NCBI GenBank assembly: GCA_035289385.1
Contig: DATDXI010000012.1
Coordinates: forward strand, 9,871 to 73,870
Direction: 5' to 3'
Length of the DNA: 64,000 bases
From: Candidatus Nanoarchaeia archaeon
GTDB taxonomy: Archaea > Nanobdellota > Nanobdellia > Woesearchaeales > GW2011-AR9
Below the pieces are notes generated by a model, which made no database searches, was not told the origin of the DNA, and saw nothing but the letters and a program-made list of their open reading frames with translations. The position numbers were made by a program, and so were the translations under genes. Shown one piece after another: positions 9,456 through 18,808 of the stretch. Positions within the stretch are counted from its first letter, which is position 1; each line of letters starts with the position of its first letter.

Positions 9456-9477
9456 GAGCAAATAGAAACAGCAACCT

Positions 9478-10326
9478 ATGGAAAAACTCATCATCAATTT
9501 CACGCCGACAGGGATGATACCCACCAAAGATATGACACCCTACGTTCCTATCAGCCCCGAAGAGATCGCCAACGAAATCTTAGAAGCAGCAAAATTAGGG
9601 GTTTCCATGGTCCATATCCACGGGCGTGAAGAAGACGGAGAACCTACATCAAATAAGGAAGTTTATGGGGAGATCATCCGCAGAGTTCGGGAAAAGAACA
9701 AGGAAATAATCTTAGGAGTAACTACCAGCGGCAGAAAAGAGACGTCATTTGAAGGCCGTTCCCAAGTTCTTGATCTGGAAGGTCCATTGCGCCCCGATAC
9801 GGCCAGCTTAACGTTAAGCTCCTTAAATTTCAACAAAGAAGCCAGCATGAATTCTCCTGATCTTATCCAGAAATTAGCCAAGAAGATGCTTGACAACGGA
9901 ATTAAGCCAGAGCTCGAAGTGTTTGACATTGGGATGATCAACTATGCCCATTACCTTATCAAGAAAGACCTCGTCAAGCCGCCATATTACTTCAATCTTC
10001 TCCTAGGCAACATTGCTTGCGCGCAAGCTGATCTCATCATGGCCGGCTTGATGCTCAGAGAATTGCCTCCAGGAAGCACCTGGAGCTTTGCGGGGATAGG
10101 TGATGCCCAGCTGAAGATGAATGCGTTAGCTGTCGTCTGGGGAGGAGGAGTACGAATAGGATTGGAAGACAATATCTTTTTTGATAACCCTGTCCGAAAA
10201 GTGCTAGCAAGCAATTTACAGCTTATCCAACGGATAGTGACATTGGCGAAGACCTATGGGCGAGAGATAGCTACTCCGCGAGAAGTTCGGCAGATGCTCG
10301 GCTTAAGGATGCCGGAAGAGATTTAA
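9478..10326 (+). CDS. Beta-keto acid cleavage enzyme family protein (BKACE/DUF849, 3-keto-5-aminohexanoate cleavage enzyme-like)
   Basis: Collinear with Kce-type proteins: INFTPTGMIPTK...PISPEEIANE...VHIHGREEDGEPT...PELEVFD...VRIGLEDNIFF...LASNLQLI...IATPREVRQMLGL. Confidence 0.85.
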   Translation: MEKLIINFTPTGMIPTKDMTPYVPISPEEIANEILEAAKLGVSMVHIHGREEDGEPTSNKEVYGEIIRRVREKNKEIILGVTTSGRKETSFEGRSQVLDLEGPLRPDTASLTLSSLNFNKEASMNSPDLIQKLAKKMLDNGIKPELEVFDIGMINYAHYLIKKDLVKPPYYFNLLLGNIACAQADLIMAGLMLRELPPGSTWSFAGIGDAQLKMNALAVVWGGGVRIGLEDNIFFDNPVRKVLASNLQLIQRIVTLAKTYGREIATPREVRQMLGLRMPEEI

Positions 10327-10376
10327 GCGCTGTTTTTGTATTTGTTTAGCTAATTTACGTTTCTCTTCATCTTCTT

Positions 10377-10562
10377 CGCCGTGAGTTCGAGAAAAGCAAA
10401 CACTGATTTCATCAGTGCAACAGCAGGCGATTTTTAACTGGTCAAGCGGGGTATATTCATCTGTTAAGTTGATAAAAATCGCTCCGTTTTCTTTTCTGAC
10501 GAAGCTCTTAGCTGAACTCACCTTTGGCGTCGCCGTGCAAGCGAACAAGTGAGCTTGTTTGC
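10377..10562. other. Nested inverted-repeat region between convergent genes; candidate structured RNA or bidirectional terminator
   Basis: An outer helix pairs CGCCGTGAGTTC (10377-10388) with GAACTCAC..GGCG (10514-10529). Inside it, AGAAAAG (10390-10396) pairs with CTTTTCT (10491-10497). Further in are the hairpin CACTGAT-TTC-ATCAGTG (10401-10417) and a 10-bp helix GCGATTTTTA/TAAAAATCGC (10427-10436/10473-10482). A 3' hairpin lies at 10538-10562. Confidence 0.3.
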
Positions 10563-10596
10563 AGGTCACTGAAGATGAAGCATCTACTTACTTTCT

Positions 10597-11661
10597 TCAC
10601 AACGTAATATGCAAAGTATCAAGAAGGTCGGCAATCTGCTCTTTCGTTAAAAAAACACCATCATTGATATCCACGTTCCCACTGCCTTCAGGAATCTTTT
10701 TCTCCACACGTTGATATTTTGGCAACAGCTTGGCCTGCCGTATCACATAAAGATCGCCTGCATCTAGAAGGTGGTTCCTCTCTTCCTCAGTAACAAGAAT
10801 TTCATGTAACTTCTCCCCAGGTCGTACACCAATTATTTTTAAGTCGATCTTTTCCGGATCATGACCATACTTTGGCCCAAATGTGCTGATCATCGCTTCT
10901 GCTAAATCTATCACTTTCAGCCGCTTCATCTTGAGGATAAATACTTCTCCTCCCCGAGATAATACTGCTGATTTCAAGACTAACTTCACCGCTGCTTCCA
11001 TCGTCATAAAAAAACGAGTCATTTCTAAAGAAGTGATAGTGACAGGGCCACCACGCTGGATCTGCTCTTTAAAGATGGGGATGACCGATCCCACTGAATT
11101 TAAGACGTTGCCAAAACGAACACAGGAGAATTTAGTTACACAATGCTCCCCTATATCCGCCGTCATGATCAGTTTCTCTGCCAGTAATTTAGTTGCTCCC
11201 ATCGTGTTGATAGGATTTGCGGCTTTATCCGTGCTGATGGCCACCATTTTCTTCACTTGCTCATCCCTTGCAACTTCAATCAAATTCTGCGTTCCAATAA
11301 CATTGGTATGCACTGCCTCAAAAGGATTATATTCACACAACGGAACATGTTTTAGTGCTGCAGCATGAAAGATGATGTCGCAGCCTCGCGCAGCAAGCCT
11401 TAGCCGTTCCTTGTCACGGATATCACCTACCAAGACCCGCAATAGAGGAGAACAGAGCTTCTCCTGCAGGTGAAATAATCCTGATTCATTATTGTCAAAG
11501 ACGCGGATTCTTTTTGGGGAGTAAGCGATAAGCTGCTTCACGATCTCGCTGCCGATAGAGCCACAGCCTCCGGTAATGAGGATATCTTTGTTGAAGAAAA
11601 AATCAGCCAGCTCTTTGGCATGGTTACTTCTTTTCTGAAACACCATCGTCTTCAAACTCAT
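10597..11661 (-). CDS. UDP-N-acetylglucosamine 4,6-dehydratase (PseB/LegB/CapD, Polysacc_synt_2 family)
   Basis: KDILITGGCGSIGSEIVKQL, STDKAANPINTMGATKLLAEKL. The start at 11661 forms an ATGA overlap with the stop of the upstream aminotransferase; the long ORF extension to 11937 is out of context. Confidence 0.85.
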   Translation of the reverse strand: MSLKTMVFQKRSNHAKELADFFFNKDILITGGCGSIGSEIVKQLIAYSPKRIRVFDNNESGLFHLQEKLCSPLLRVLVGDIRDKERLRLAARGCDIIFHAAALKHVPLCEYNPFEAVHTNVIGTQNLIEVARDEQVKKMVAISTDKAANPINTMGATKLLAEKLIMTADIGEHCVTKFSCVRFGNVLNSVGSVIPIFKEQIQRGGPVTITSLEMTRFFMTMEAAVKLVLKSAVLSRGGEVFILKMKRLKVIDLAEAMISTFGPKYGHDPEKIDLKIIGVRPGEKLHEILVTEEERNHLLDAGDLYVIRQAKLLPKYQRVEKKIPEGSGNVDINDGVFLTKEQIADLLDTLHITL

Positions 11662-12770
11662 CCTTGCAGCTCCATTATCGATTCTGCCAGTGCCTGTTTC
11701 ACAACAAGAATATCTTTCTCCTCTAAGGCAGTATAGAACGGCAACACCATCGTTTCTTTGCTTAACTTCTCCGCAACCGGAAACATCCCTTCCCGATAGC
11801 CAAACAGCTGGATATACGCCGGCTGCAAATGGATGCAAGGATAAAAATACGCCTTGCTCTGGATTCCCTTTTCCTGAAGTTTTCGGATAACATGATCTCT
11901 GATAGCAGCTCTTGTCCGTACGGCAAAGACAAACCATCCTGATGGGCTTCCAGGATATACTTTTGGCAGAACAAGGCCAGGAATAGACGAAAGCTCACGG
12001 ATATATCGTTCTGCAATCGTCTTGCGTTTCCCACTGATAGTATCAATCCTGCTCAACTGCGCTAGCCCTAAAGCACAGCTCATCTCATCCAAGCGATAAT
12101 TATAACCGATAATATCATGAGTAAGCCATTGCAGGTTGCTGCTTCTTCCTTGATTGGCAGCGCTTCGGCAATAATCGGCAATCTGTTTGTTGTCCGTGAC
12201 AATCATCCCCCCTTCCCCTGTGGTGATCTGCTTATTGGGATAGAACGCAAACACGGCAACATCGCCAAATGTTCCAACATTTCTTCCTCGGTACGACCCG
12301 AAAAGAGCTTCACAGGCATCTTCGATAACTTTAAGATTATGCTTCCTTGCTATTTCCATGATCTTATCCATGTCACAGCTTTGTCCAAAGACATGGACGA
12401 TAAGGATAGCTTTTGTCCTCGGAGTTATTGCCTTTTCAATCAAGTCAGGATTGATGTTAAACGTATCTTCCTCAACATCAACAAATACCGGTGTTGCTCG
12501 TTCATAAAGGATGCAGTTGGCAGATGCTACAAAGGAGAAAGGAGTGGTTATCACTTCATCCCCATCCTTGATTCCAAGAGCCTTGATGCATAAGTGCAGC
12601 CCAGAAGTTCCAGAATTCACACCTACGGCAAAAGACGTACCGATAATGGCAGAAAATTGCTGTTCAAATTCTTTTAATTTCGGGCCAAGGCTTAATATCC
12701 CTGATTCAAGGACGTCTACAACACCCTTTATTTCTTTAGCACCGATATCCGGCTTAGCGAGAGGAATCAT
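11658..12770 (-). CDS. DegT/DnrJ/EryC1/StrS-family PLP sugar aminotransferase (PseC/LegC/PglE-like)
   Basis: MIPLAKPDIGAKEIKGVVDVLESGILSLGPKLKEFEQQF and a family-typical core. Translationally coupled to the dehydratase. Confidence 0.85.
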   Translation of the reverse strand: MIPLAKPDIGAKEIKGVVDVLESGILSLGPKLKEFEQQFSAIIGTSFAVGVNSGTSGLHLCIKALGIKDGDEVITTPFSFVASANCILYERATPVFVDVEEDTFNINPDLIEKAITPRTKAILIVHVFGQSCDMDKIMEIARKHNLKVIEDACEALFGSYRGRNVGTFGDVAVFAFYPNKQITTGEGGMIVTDNKQIADYCRSAANQGRSSNLQWLTHDIIGYNYRLDEMSCALGLAQLSRIDTISGKRKTIAERYIRELSSIPGLVLPKVYPGSPSGWFVFAVRTRAAIRDHVIRKLQEKGIQSKAYFYPCIHLQPAYIQLFGYREGMFPVAEKLSKETMVLPFYTALEEKDILVVKQALAESIMELQG

Positions 12771-12849
12771 AAGATAAAAATCAAGATTGCAAGGTTATAA
12801 AGATTATGAATTTAAAGATTGTTGACGACCATAGGAAGAATTCCATATC

Positions 12850-12892
12850 ATCCTAGCCACATCCTAGCCACATCCTAGCCACATCCTACCCG
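12850..12892. repeat. 11-bp tandem repeat ATCCTAGCCAC, 3.9 copies
   Basis: Read directly. Units lie at 12850-12860, 12861-12871 and 12872-12882, with a degenerate fourth unit that overlaps the TAG stop of the GT-C gene. The tract sits about 80-120 nt upstream of the aminotransferase start. Confidence 0.9.
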
Positions 12893-14676
12893 CAATCATA
12901 CCTCTCCCCAATGAGTTTTCCTTGAGAGAAGAAAGATTTCTCTTTTGAACAAAGCAGAGCAACCTTCCTGGCAGGGCTGTCTTCATGCAGCGGCGGCCAA
13001 TGTAATAGCAGCAGCGTTCCTCCTTCTGCAGCAATCTTCTGCTCGACGAAAGAAGTATCTTCCCCTAGCTCATTATCTGGAATCCCAAGGACACGAGAAT
13101 GAGTTAAATCATATTTCTCTCTCCAGTATTCATGATTGAGATACCACATCATACCTGAATCGCTGACATAAATAGGATACGGCAGATTTTTCTCTTTCAC
13201 TTCGGAAAGCATCGTATGAACAACATCACTTACATCAGGAGTCGTTGGATGAAAGAGATATTCCGTAACAAGAAAAATATTGAAAGCCATACCCATCGAT
13301 AAAAACAAGACAAGAGCCATCCTTGATCCTCGATGAAGAGACAGGCAAGACAAATAGTTTAAACCGCCTTTTCTCTTGTTCTTTGCTAGCCTGCTCCATA
13401 ACAGCCATACCAAAGCATAACCACCTACCAAGAAGGAAAAAAGGATCGTCGCAAAAGAAACACCGAACATCGGTCCAGAAGAGGAAGTGAAGGAAAATAA
13501 AAACTGAGCATTACCCTGAAGAAGTTCCTGCGCATAAAGCTCGGGAAAGCGTGGAATATATTTTACTGCTAAAGAATTGATGAAGAACAATAATCCCAAC
13601 AGCATCATACCTATGACTCCTCCAAAGAGAATTTCTCTTTTCCTAAACTGAAGTCGTTGCAGACAGATCCCACCGATAATTGCTAAGGCGGGAATAGTAT
13701 TCATGAAATACCTGTCCATCGCACCATACGTGAGGAACAAGCTATAAAATATCATTGCAGCTCCTACCCACAAAATAAACGGCCGAGCTGATTTTCTTTC
13801 CGTGAATAGAGCCAGAGCAAACAATCCAGCAAATAAAGGTGTTGCCCACAACAAGAACATTCCCACTCCCAAGACAGAAACTCCTTCCGGGCGATATTTT
13901 TCCGCAAATCCAGTATACCAGGAAAAAAAATGGATAGCACCAGAACCCTGGTCAGGAAGGATCAACATTCCTAATACCAGATAAGCAAAGAAAACCAGAG
14001 CACCTATAAAACATATCAGGAAAAGGTCCTTCATTACTTTTTTAATCAGCCCATGATGATCAATAAAAGCCATCAATATCAACGGTGCAACAATATAAAT
14101 AGAATTGTATTTCACCGTAACAGCAAAGCCTAAGCTTAACCCAGCAATGATCTGCCAGAATAAAGGTTTCTTCATCAATGATAGATGCGCTGATGGAGAA
14201 GATATTTCCTTTATAGATGCTTCTCTCATAGATACTGCTGACCGCCGATACTCCAGGTAAGAAAAGAACAGCAGAAGGATAAAGAAAGTAACCATACTCC
14301 CTTCAACATCAAATTGTAATGACGCTAATGTAGGGTAAAAGCTTATCAGCATAAGTACCGTCGACCAGCGAGCAGCAGCAACGCCAAAATTCCTTTTTGC
14401 CAAAAAATAGATTAAGATAGTATTGAAAATACCAAATATCCAGGGAACAATTCTAAAGACCCACGTTTCAAGGCCGAAGAAGAATACCAATGGCTTATAC
14501 AGCAGGTGAAAAAACTGAGGGGAAGGAAAATCAGAATTGAAGCCATACTCATCCATCACCGTCAGAGAATAGGCAAAATTTGCTTCATCATCATAGATCG
14601 CCTCACCGATATTTGCCAGGCGCAAGCTGAAGATGAAGATAGCTAAACAAAGAATGAAGATTGTTTTCTTATCCAT
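12886..14676 (-). CDS. GT-C fold polyprenol-phosphate-sugar-dependent glycosyltransferase (ArnT/PMT, GT39/83-like)
   Basis: The protein is 596 aa with more than 10 predicted TM helices, an acidic first-loop motif (IYDDEANFAYS), and a soluble C-terminal domain. Confidence 0.65.
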   Translation of the reverse strand: MDKKTIFILCLAIFIFSLRLANIGEAIYDDEANFAYSLTVMDEYGFNSDFPSPQFFHLLYKPLVFFFGLETWVFRIVPWIFGIFNTILIYFLAKRNFGVAAARWSTVLMLISFYPTLASLQFDVEGSMVTFFILLLFFSYLEYRRSAVSMREASIKEISSPSAHLSLMKKPLFWQIIAGLSLGFAVTVKYNSIYIVAPLILMAFIDHHGLIKKVMKDLFLICFIGALVFFAYLVLGMLILPDQGSGAIHFFSWYTGFAEKYRPEGVSVLGVGMFLLWATPLFAGLFALALFTERKSARPFILWVGAAMIFYSLFLTYGAMDRYFMNTIPALAIIGGICLQRLQFRKREILFGGVIGMMLLGLLFFINSLAVKYIPRFPELYAQELLQGNAQFLFSFTSSSGPMFGVSFATILFSFLVGGYALVWLLWSRLAKNKRKGGLNYLSCLSLHRGSRMALVLFLSMGMAFNIFLVTEYLFHPTTPDVSDVVHTMLSEVKEKNLPYPIYVSDSGMMWYLNHEYWREKYDLTHSRVLGIPDNELGEDTSFVEQKIAAEGGTLLLLHWPPLHEDSPARKVALLCSKEKSFFSQGKLIGERYDCG

Positions 14677-14689
14677 TTTTCTTATCCAT
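14664..14689. repeat. Perfect 13-bp tandem duplication (TTTTCTTATCCAT x2) covering the GT-C start codon; it creates a 6-codon uORF
   Basis: The minus strand reads ATGGATAAGAAAA ATGGATAAGAAAA. The upstream ATG (14689) reads MDKKNG-stop and overlaps the genuine ATG (14676). Confidence 0.85.
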
Positions 14690-14720
14690 GATCACTCCAA
14701 TGATCCCTTACACTCTCCTG

Positions 14721-14837
14721 TTCCATACTTTCTTATGTTCCATACTTTCTTATGTTCCATACTTCTTCAGATTCCATACTTTCTCGGATCCCATGCTCCT
14801 CAGATTCTATACTCTCTCGGATTTCCCATAACCTCTA
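14721..14837. repeat. Decaying 16-17-bp tandem repeat array, about 7 units (TTCCATACTTTCTTATG)
   Basis: Two perfect units lie at 14721-14737 and 14738-14754, followed by progressively diverged units with a 33-bp higher-order period. The array spans the intergenic promoter region of the GT-C gene and runs into the 3' end of the oxidoreductase gene. Confidence 0.85.
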
Positions 14838-15783
14838 AGGCAATTCTAAGCGCTTGCAATCCCATTTCTCCTGTAACCTGAGGAATAACCCCTTGTTGAA
14901 CGGAGGTGATGAACGAGCGAAGCTCAAGATATAACGGCTCAGCCTGCTCAACCCCAATCTGAGTCCGGTCAGGAATACCAAACTTGATGACATAATCCCC
15001 ATATTCATCAACGATTTCCTTGGTGTAATTGCTCTCATAGACAATCAGCTCCTGAGTGAGATAATTCAGCTCAGCATAGCCTTTGCTTCCGGTGATCGTC
15101 AAGTTCCTTATCTTTACTGGAGTGATCCAATTCACCTGGATAAATCCTGACTTCCGCCCGTACTGCATAAAAATTTCAGCATAATCCTCTCTTTTTTCGA
15201 TCATCGCTTTTCCAACATTTCCGCTCACTTTCTCCGGATAAGAATCATAGAGGTAGTTGATGATATCAATATCATGCACCGCAAGGTCTATCACTACATT
15301 AGCATCCCTCACTTGGATGGGAACAGCGCCGACTCTCCGCGCAATAATGGATGTTACCTCTCCCAGTTTCCCTTGGAGAATAACTTCTTTCAATTTCTGG
15401 ACGGCAGGATTGAAGCGCTCAACATGGCCAACTTGTAGGATAACACCTTTCTCTTGAGCAGAGCTGATGATTTTTTCAGCATCAGAAATAGTACCAGCAA
15501 TGGGCTTCTCTACGAGGATATGGATGCCTTTCCCGATGCACGCTAAAGCTACTTCTTTGTGGTAATTCGTCGGCACGACGATGCTTACTGCTTGGATAGA
15601 TTCCTTTTCCAACATCTCCATATAATTATTATAATGCCGGCAAGAAAACTTTTTTGCCGTATTGATAGCCAGCTCTTCATTCAGGTCACAGACTGCAACA
15701 AGCGAAACACCAGCCATCTCCGCATAATTCCTCGCATGATGCTTGCCCATGTTCCCTAAGCCGATGACTGCAACATTGATCAT
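14800..15783 (-). CDS. Gfo/Idh/MocA-family NAD-dependent sugar oxidoreductase (WbpB-like UDP-sugar 3-dehydrogenase)
   Basis: MINVAVIGLGNMGKHHARNY Rossmann N-terminus. The ATG at 15783 forms an ATGA overlap with the upstream aminotransferase stop. Confidence 0.75.
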   Translation of the reverse strand: MINVAVIGLGNMGKHHARNYAEMAGVSLVAVCDLNEELAINTAKKFSCRHYNNYMEMLEKESIQAVSIVVPTNYHKEVALACIGKGIHILVEKPIAGTISDAEKIISSAQEKGVILQVGHVERFNPAVQKLKEVILQGKLGEVTSIIARRVGAVPIQVRDANVVIDLAVHDIDIINYLYDSYPEKVSGNVGKAMIEKREDYAEIFMQYGRKSGFIQVNWITPVKIRNLTITGSKGYAELNYLTQELIVYESNYTKEIVDEYGDYVIKFGIPDRTQIGVEQAEPLYLELRSFITSVQQGVIPQVTGEMGLQALRIALEVMGNPREYRI

Positions 15784-16982
15784 GAACAACATCCTCCAGA
15801 ATAACCCTTATGTTGCTGCCGTCCTTCATCCATCTCTTTATCCATCATCACTTTATTTCTCATCACTTTCTCTCTCATCTCTTTAAATGCAGCGATGATC
15901 TTCTGGATATCAACCCCAGCAAGAGCTGGATGGACAGGAATAGATAAGACTTCTTTAGCCAAACGCTCTGCAACCGGAAAAGACTGCCCGTTGTGCTCGC
16001 AAAAAGCTTCTTGCTTATGGAGAGGCAAAGGATAGAAGATAGAATTTCCAATCCCTAAGGCAGTTAATTCCTCCGCTACTTTATCTCTAGACAGACCAAA
16101 TGAAGGAGTCACCCTTATCGTATATTGATGAAAAACGTGGCCTTCATAGGATCCTGGCAAGATCAAACCTGGAATGCTGGCAAGGCCTTCCGTCAATATT
16201 TTTGCATTTTGTTTTCTAGCATTGTTGAACAAAGGCAATTTTTTAAGCTGAGCTAAACCTATGGCCGCAGAGATATTGGTCATCCTAAAATTATACCCCA
16301 GAGCAGCATGAAGATATTTGTTGTAGGGGCTGGAATGATGGCTGATCAACCTCTTTACTTTTTCAGCAATACCAGCATCATCGGTCGTGATCATCCCACC
16401 TTCACTGGTCGTCATATTCTTTGTGGGATAAAATGAAAAACACCCTGTACCGAAAGAGCCTACTTTTTTCCGTTCTCCACGCGGCAAAAGAAGCTCCGCG
16501 CCATGCGCCTGGCAGGCATCTTCGATGACGTTCAGATGATATTTCTGCGCAATTTCCATAATTGTATCCATCGCTGCTGGCATGCCGAAGAGGTGTACAG
16601 GAAGGATCGCTTTCGTTCTAGGAGTGATTGCCTTTTCGACCAAGGAAGGATTGATATTAAAAGTATTTTCTTCAACATCCACAAAGACAGGAGTAGCCCC
16701 AACCATCTTGATAGCATTGGCAGTTGCGATGAACGTAAATGGTGTTGTTATCACTTCATCCCCAGCGCGAATACCATGAGCAAGCAGAGCTGCATGTAAG
16801 GCCGTTGTCCCATTAGAAGTTGCTATGGCAAAAGAAGTTCCGATGTAGCTGGCAAAAGCCTTTTCAAAATCTTCAACTTCCTTGCCTTGAGCTAACATCC
16901 CTGAATCTAGAACCTTCAAAACAGCCTCCTTTTCCTCAGCTCCAAGAAGAGGTTTGGCCATCGGTATCGATGCGGAAACCAT
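15780..16982 (-). CDS. DegT-family aminotransferase (WbpE-like)
   Basis: PMAKPLLGAEEKEAVLKVLDSGMLAQGKEVEDFEKAF and a family-typical core. The ATG at 16982 lies 26 nt downstream of the TATA box at 17005-17013. The C-terminal tail is repetitive (REKVMRNKVMMDKEMDEG). Confidence 0.8.
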   Translation of the reverse strand: MVSASIPMAKPLLGAEEKEAVLKVLDSGMLAQGKEVEDFEKAFASYIGTSFAIATSNGTTALHAALLAHGIRAGDEVITTPFTFIATANAIKMVGATPVFVDVEENTFNINPSLVEKAITPRTKAILPVHLFGMPAAMDTIMEIAQKYHLNVIEDACQAHGAELLLPRGERKKVGSFGTGCFSFYPTKNMTTSEGGMITTDDAGIAEKVKRLISHHSSPYNKYLHAALGYNFRMTNISAAIGLAQLKKLPLFNNARKQNAKILTEGLASIPGLILPGSYEGHVFHQYTIRVTPSFGLSRDKVAEELTALGIGNSIFYPLPLHKQEAFCEHNGQSFPVAERLAKEVLSIPVHPALAGVDIQKIIAAFKEMREKVMRNKVMMDKEMDEGRQQHKGYSGGCCS

Positions 16983-17004
16983 CTCCAAAAAGGGATAATT
17001 TTGC

Positions 17005-17013
17005 TTTATAAAA
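17005..17013 (-). promoter_or_regulatory. TATA box for the leaderless WbpE/WbpB-like operon
   Basis: The minus strand reads CTTTTATAAAG, centred about 26 nt upstream of the ATG at 16982. Confidence 0.45.
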
Positions 17014-17044
17014 GTTAGGCAACTAAAATATGTACTAAGCAGGG

Positions 17045-17106
17045 ATCATAGAGATATCATAGAGAAAAGATAGAGAGAAAAAACAGGACTCCACAGAACA
17101 GGACTC
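17045..17106. repeat. Two pairs of short direct repeats (ATCATAGAGA x2, period 11; ACAGGACTC x2, period 15)
   Basis: Read directly. They lie upstream of the TATA box at 17005-17013, and the last copy overlaps the stop of the acetyltransferase gene. Confidence 0.8.
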
Positions 17107-17668
17107 AACATGTCTTGCTTAAACAAACACCACAATCATTTCCCGCACTATTCCCTTCGTCCAACTTTCTTCCACACGTACATACCCATCCCGCTAGCCG
17201 TGCAGGATTTCCATACACCAATGCAAAATCAGGAACATTCTTTGTAACTACAGACCCTGCTCCGACCATGGCAAATCTTCCAATAATGATGCCAGGAACA
17301 ACGACAGTCCTAGCGCCTAACGACGCACCTTCTTTTATCAGCGTTTTACTTTCTTCCCAATCTGAATCTGTTTTCAAGCTTCCATCGCTATTGATCGCTC
17401 TTGGCCAACGGTCATTGGTAAAGACACAATGCGGCCCGACAAACACACCATCTTCAAGAGTGACGCCATGATAGACAGAAGAATTATTTTGGATCTTACA
17501 ATTTTTTCCTATTACAACGCCTTTGTCAACATAAACATTCTTGCCGATGATGCAATTATCCCCGATGAAAGCTTCTTCCCGAACCTGAGCCTGATGCCAT
17601 ATTTTTACATTCGTTCCAATGGTCGCTGAAGAAGAGACATCTGCAGAAGGATGAAAAAACGTTGTCAT
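17105..17668 (-). CDS. Hexapeptide-repeat N-acetyltransferase (WbpD/WlbB-like)
   Basis: [79 protein letters not shown] overlap with the upstream epimerase stop. Confidence 0.75.
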   Translation of the reverse strand: MTTFFHPSADVSSSATIGTNVKIWHQAQVREEAFIGDNCIIGKNVYVDKGVVIGKNCKIQNNSSVYHGVTLEDGVFVGPHCVFTNDRWPRAINSDGSLKTDSDWEESKTLIKEGASLGARTVVVPGIIIGRFAMVGAGSVVTKNVPDFALVYGNPARLAGWVCTCGRKLDEGNSAGNDCGVCLSKTC

Positions 17669-18762
17669 AATGACCTCAACAAGCTAATGATATTATCAGC
17701 AACACCTTTCTCATAAGGATAGGGGATGTTTTTAATCTTTTGCAGTTCTTTATCATCCAGTAAGCGTCTGGCAGCCGACAAGATGGTCTCCGTCGTCGTT
17801 CCCGCAAGAATGTTCTTTCCCGCATCAACTAGGCTGATCCATTCTGTCTCCTGCCGAGGGATCAGGCAAGGGACATTAAAAAAAATCGCCTCTTCTTGAA
17901 TCCCACCGCTATCAGTAACACAAAAGCGGCATTCTTTCAGCAAAGCCAAAAATTGAAGGTATCCCTGAGGCTCAATAAGATGAATCGTTGGCGGCAAGGA
18001 GATACTGAATGTTTCTAGTGCCTTTTTGGTTCGAGGATGGATAGGAAAAAGTACAGGAAGATTCCTAGAAATAGTCTCTAGAGCAGCCAGTATCTCCTGC
18101 AGTTTGTTTTTATCATCTGTTGTTTCAGCCCGATGCAAGGTGACAAGAACATACTGCCCTGAAGAGATATTCTGTGTTTTAAGCATATTCTCGGAAGGGA
18201 TAAGTTTTTCATTCCTCTCCAAGGCATCAAAAACAATGCTGCCAAAAAGGTTGACGCCTTCCGTTATCCCTTCCTGAGATAGATTCTGCAAACTAGCCTT
18301 ATCAGGGGCAATAAGAAAAGAAGAGAGATGATCTACTATCACCCTATTAATCTCCTCAGGCATCTTCCTGTTAAACGAACGGCAGCCTGCTTCCACATGG
18401 AGCACCGAGATATGGAGCTTAGCCGCTGCCAGTGCTCCTGCTAAAGTGCTGTTAGTATCTCCCTGAACAATCACTAATTGAGGCTTTTCCTTCAGAAGCA
18501 CTTCTTCAATATTCTCCAGCATCATCGCTGTCTGCTTGCCAGCAGGATGAGAGCCGATAGTGAGGTTGTAAGACGGTGGTTCCAGCTGCAGCTCATCAAA
18601 GAAGACCTTATCCATCCGATAGTCATAATGCTGCCCCGTATGGATCAGGATATGCTGGAATTCTTTGTCTAGCAGAGGAAGCAATGGTGAGAGTTTGATG
18701 ATTTCTGGACGGGTTCCTAACACTGTAGCGATCTTCAATGGATTTTTTGCTGGATATCCCAT
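17665..18762 (-). CDS. UDP-N-acetylglucosamine 2-epimerase family (WecB/WbpI/NeuC-like)
   Basis: [37 protein letters not shown]. Confidence 0.85.
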   Translation of the reverse strand: MGYPAKNPLKIATVLGTRPEIIKLSPLLPLLDKEFQHILIHTGQHYDYRMDKVFFDELQLEPPSYNLTIGSHPAGKQTAMMLENIEEVLLKEKPQLVIVQGDTNSTLAGALAAAKLHISVLHVEAGCRSFNRKMPEEINRVIVDHLSSFLIAPDKASLQNLSQEGITEGVNLFGSIVFDALERNEKLIPSENMLKTQNISSGQYVLVTLHRAETTDDKNKLQEILAALETISRNLPVLFPIHPRTKKALETFSISLPPTIHLIEPQGYLQFLALLKECRFCVTDSGGIQEEAIFFNVPCLIPRQETEWISLVDAGKNILAGTTTETILSAARRLLDDKELQKIKNIPYPYEKGVADNIISLLRSL

Positions 18763-18784
18763 CTTCTCCTTGCCAGAAAAATAC

Positions 18785-18792
18785 TTTATAAA
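18785..18792 (-). promoter_or_regulatory. TATA box for the leaderless epimerase operon
   Basis: The minus strand reads GTTTATAAAG, centred 26.5 nt upstream of the ATG at 18762. It lies just outside the left direct repeat of the 424-bp element. Confidence 0.5.
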
Positions 18793-18808
18793 CGTGGTGG
18801 AACTAAAG

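Noticed and set aside
10303-10569. An 88-aa minus-strand ORF between convergent genes
   Set aside because: It overlaps the BKACE 3' end by 24 nt, has no promoter or SD context, and coincides with nested palindromes. It is kept only as a low-probability alternative to the RNA/terminator interpretation.
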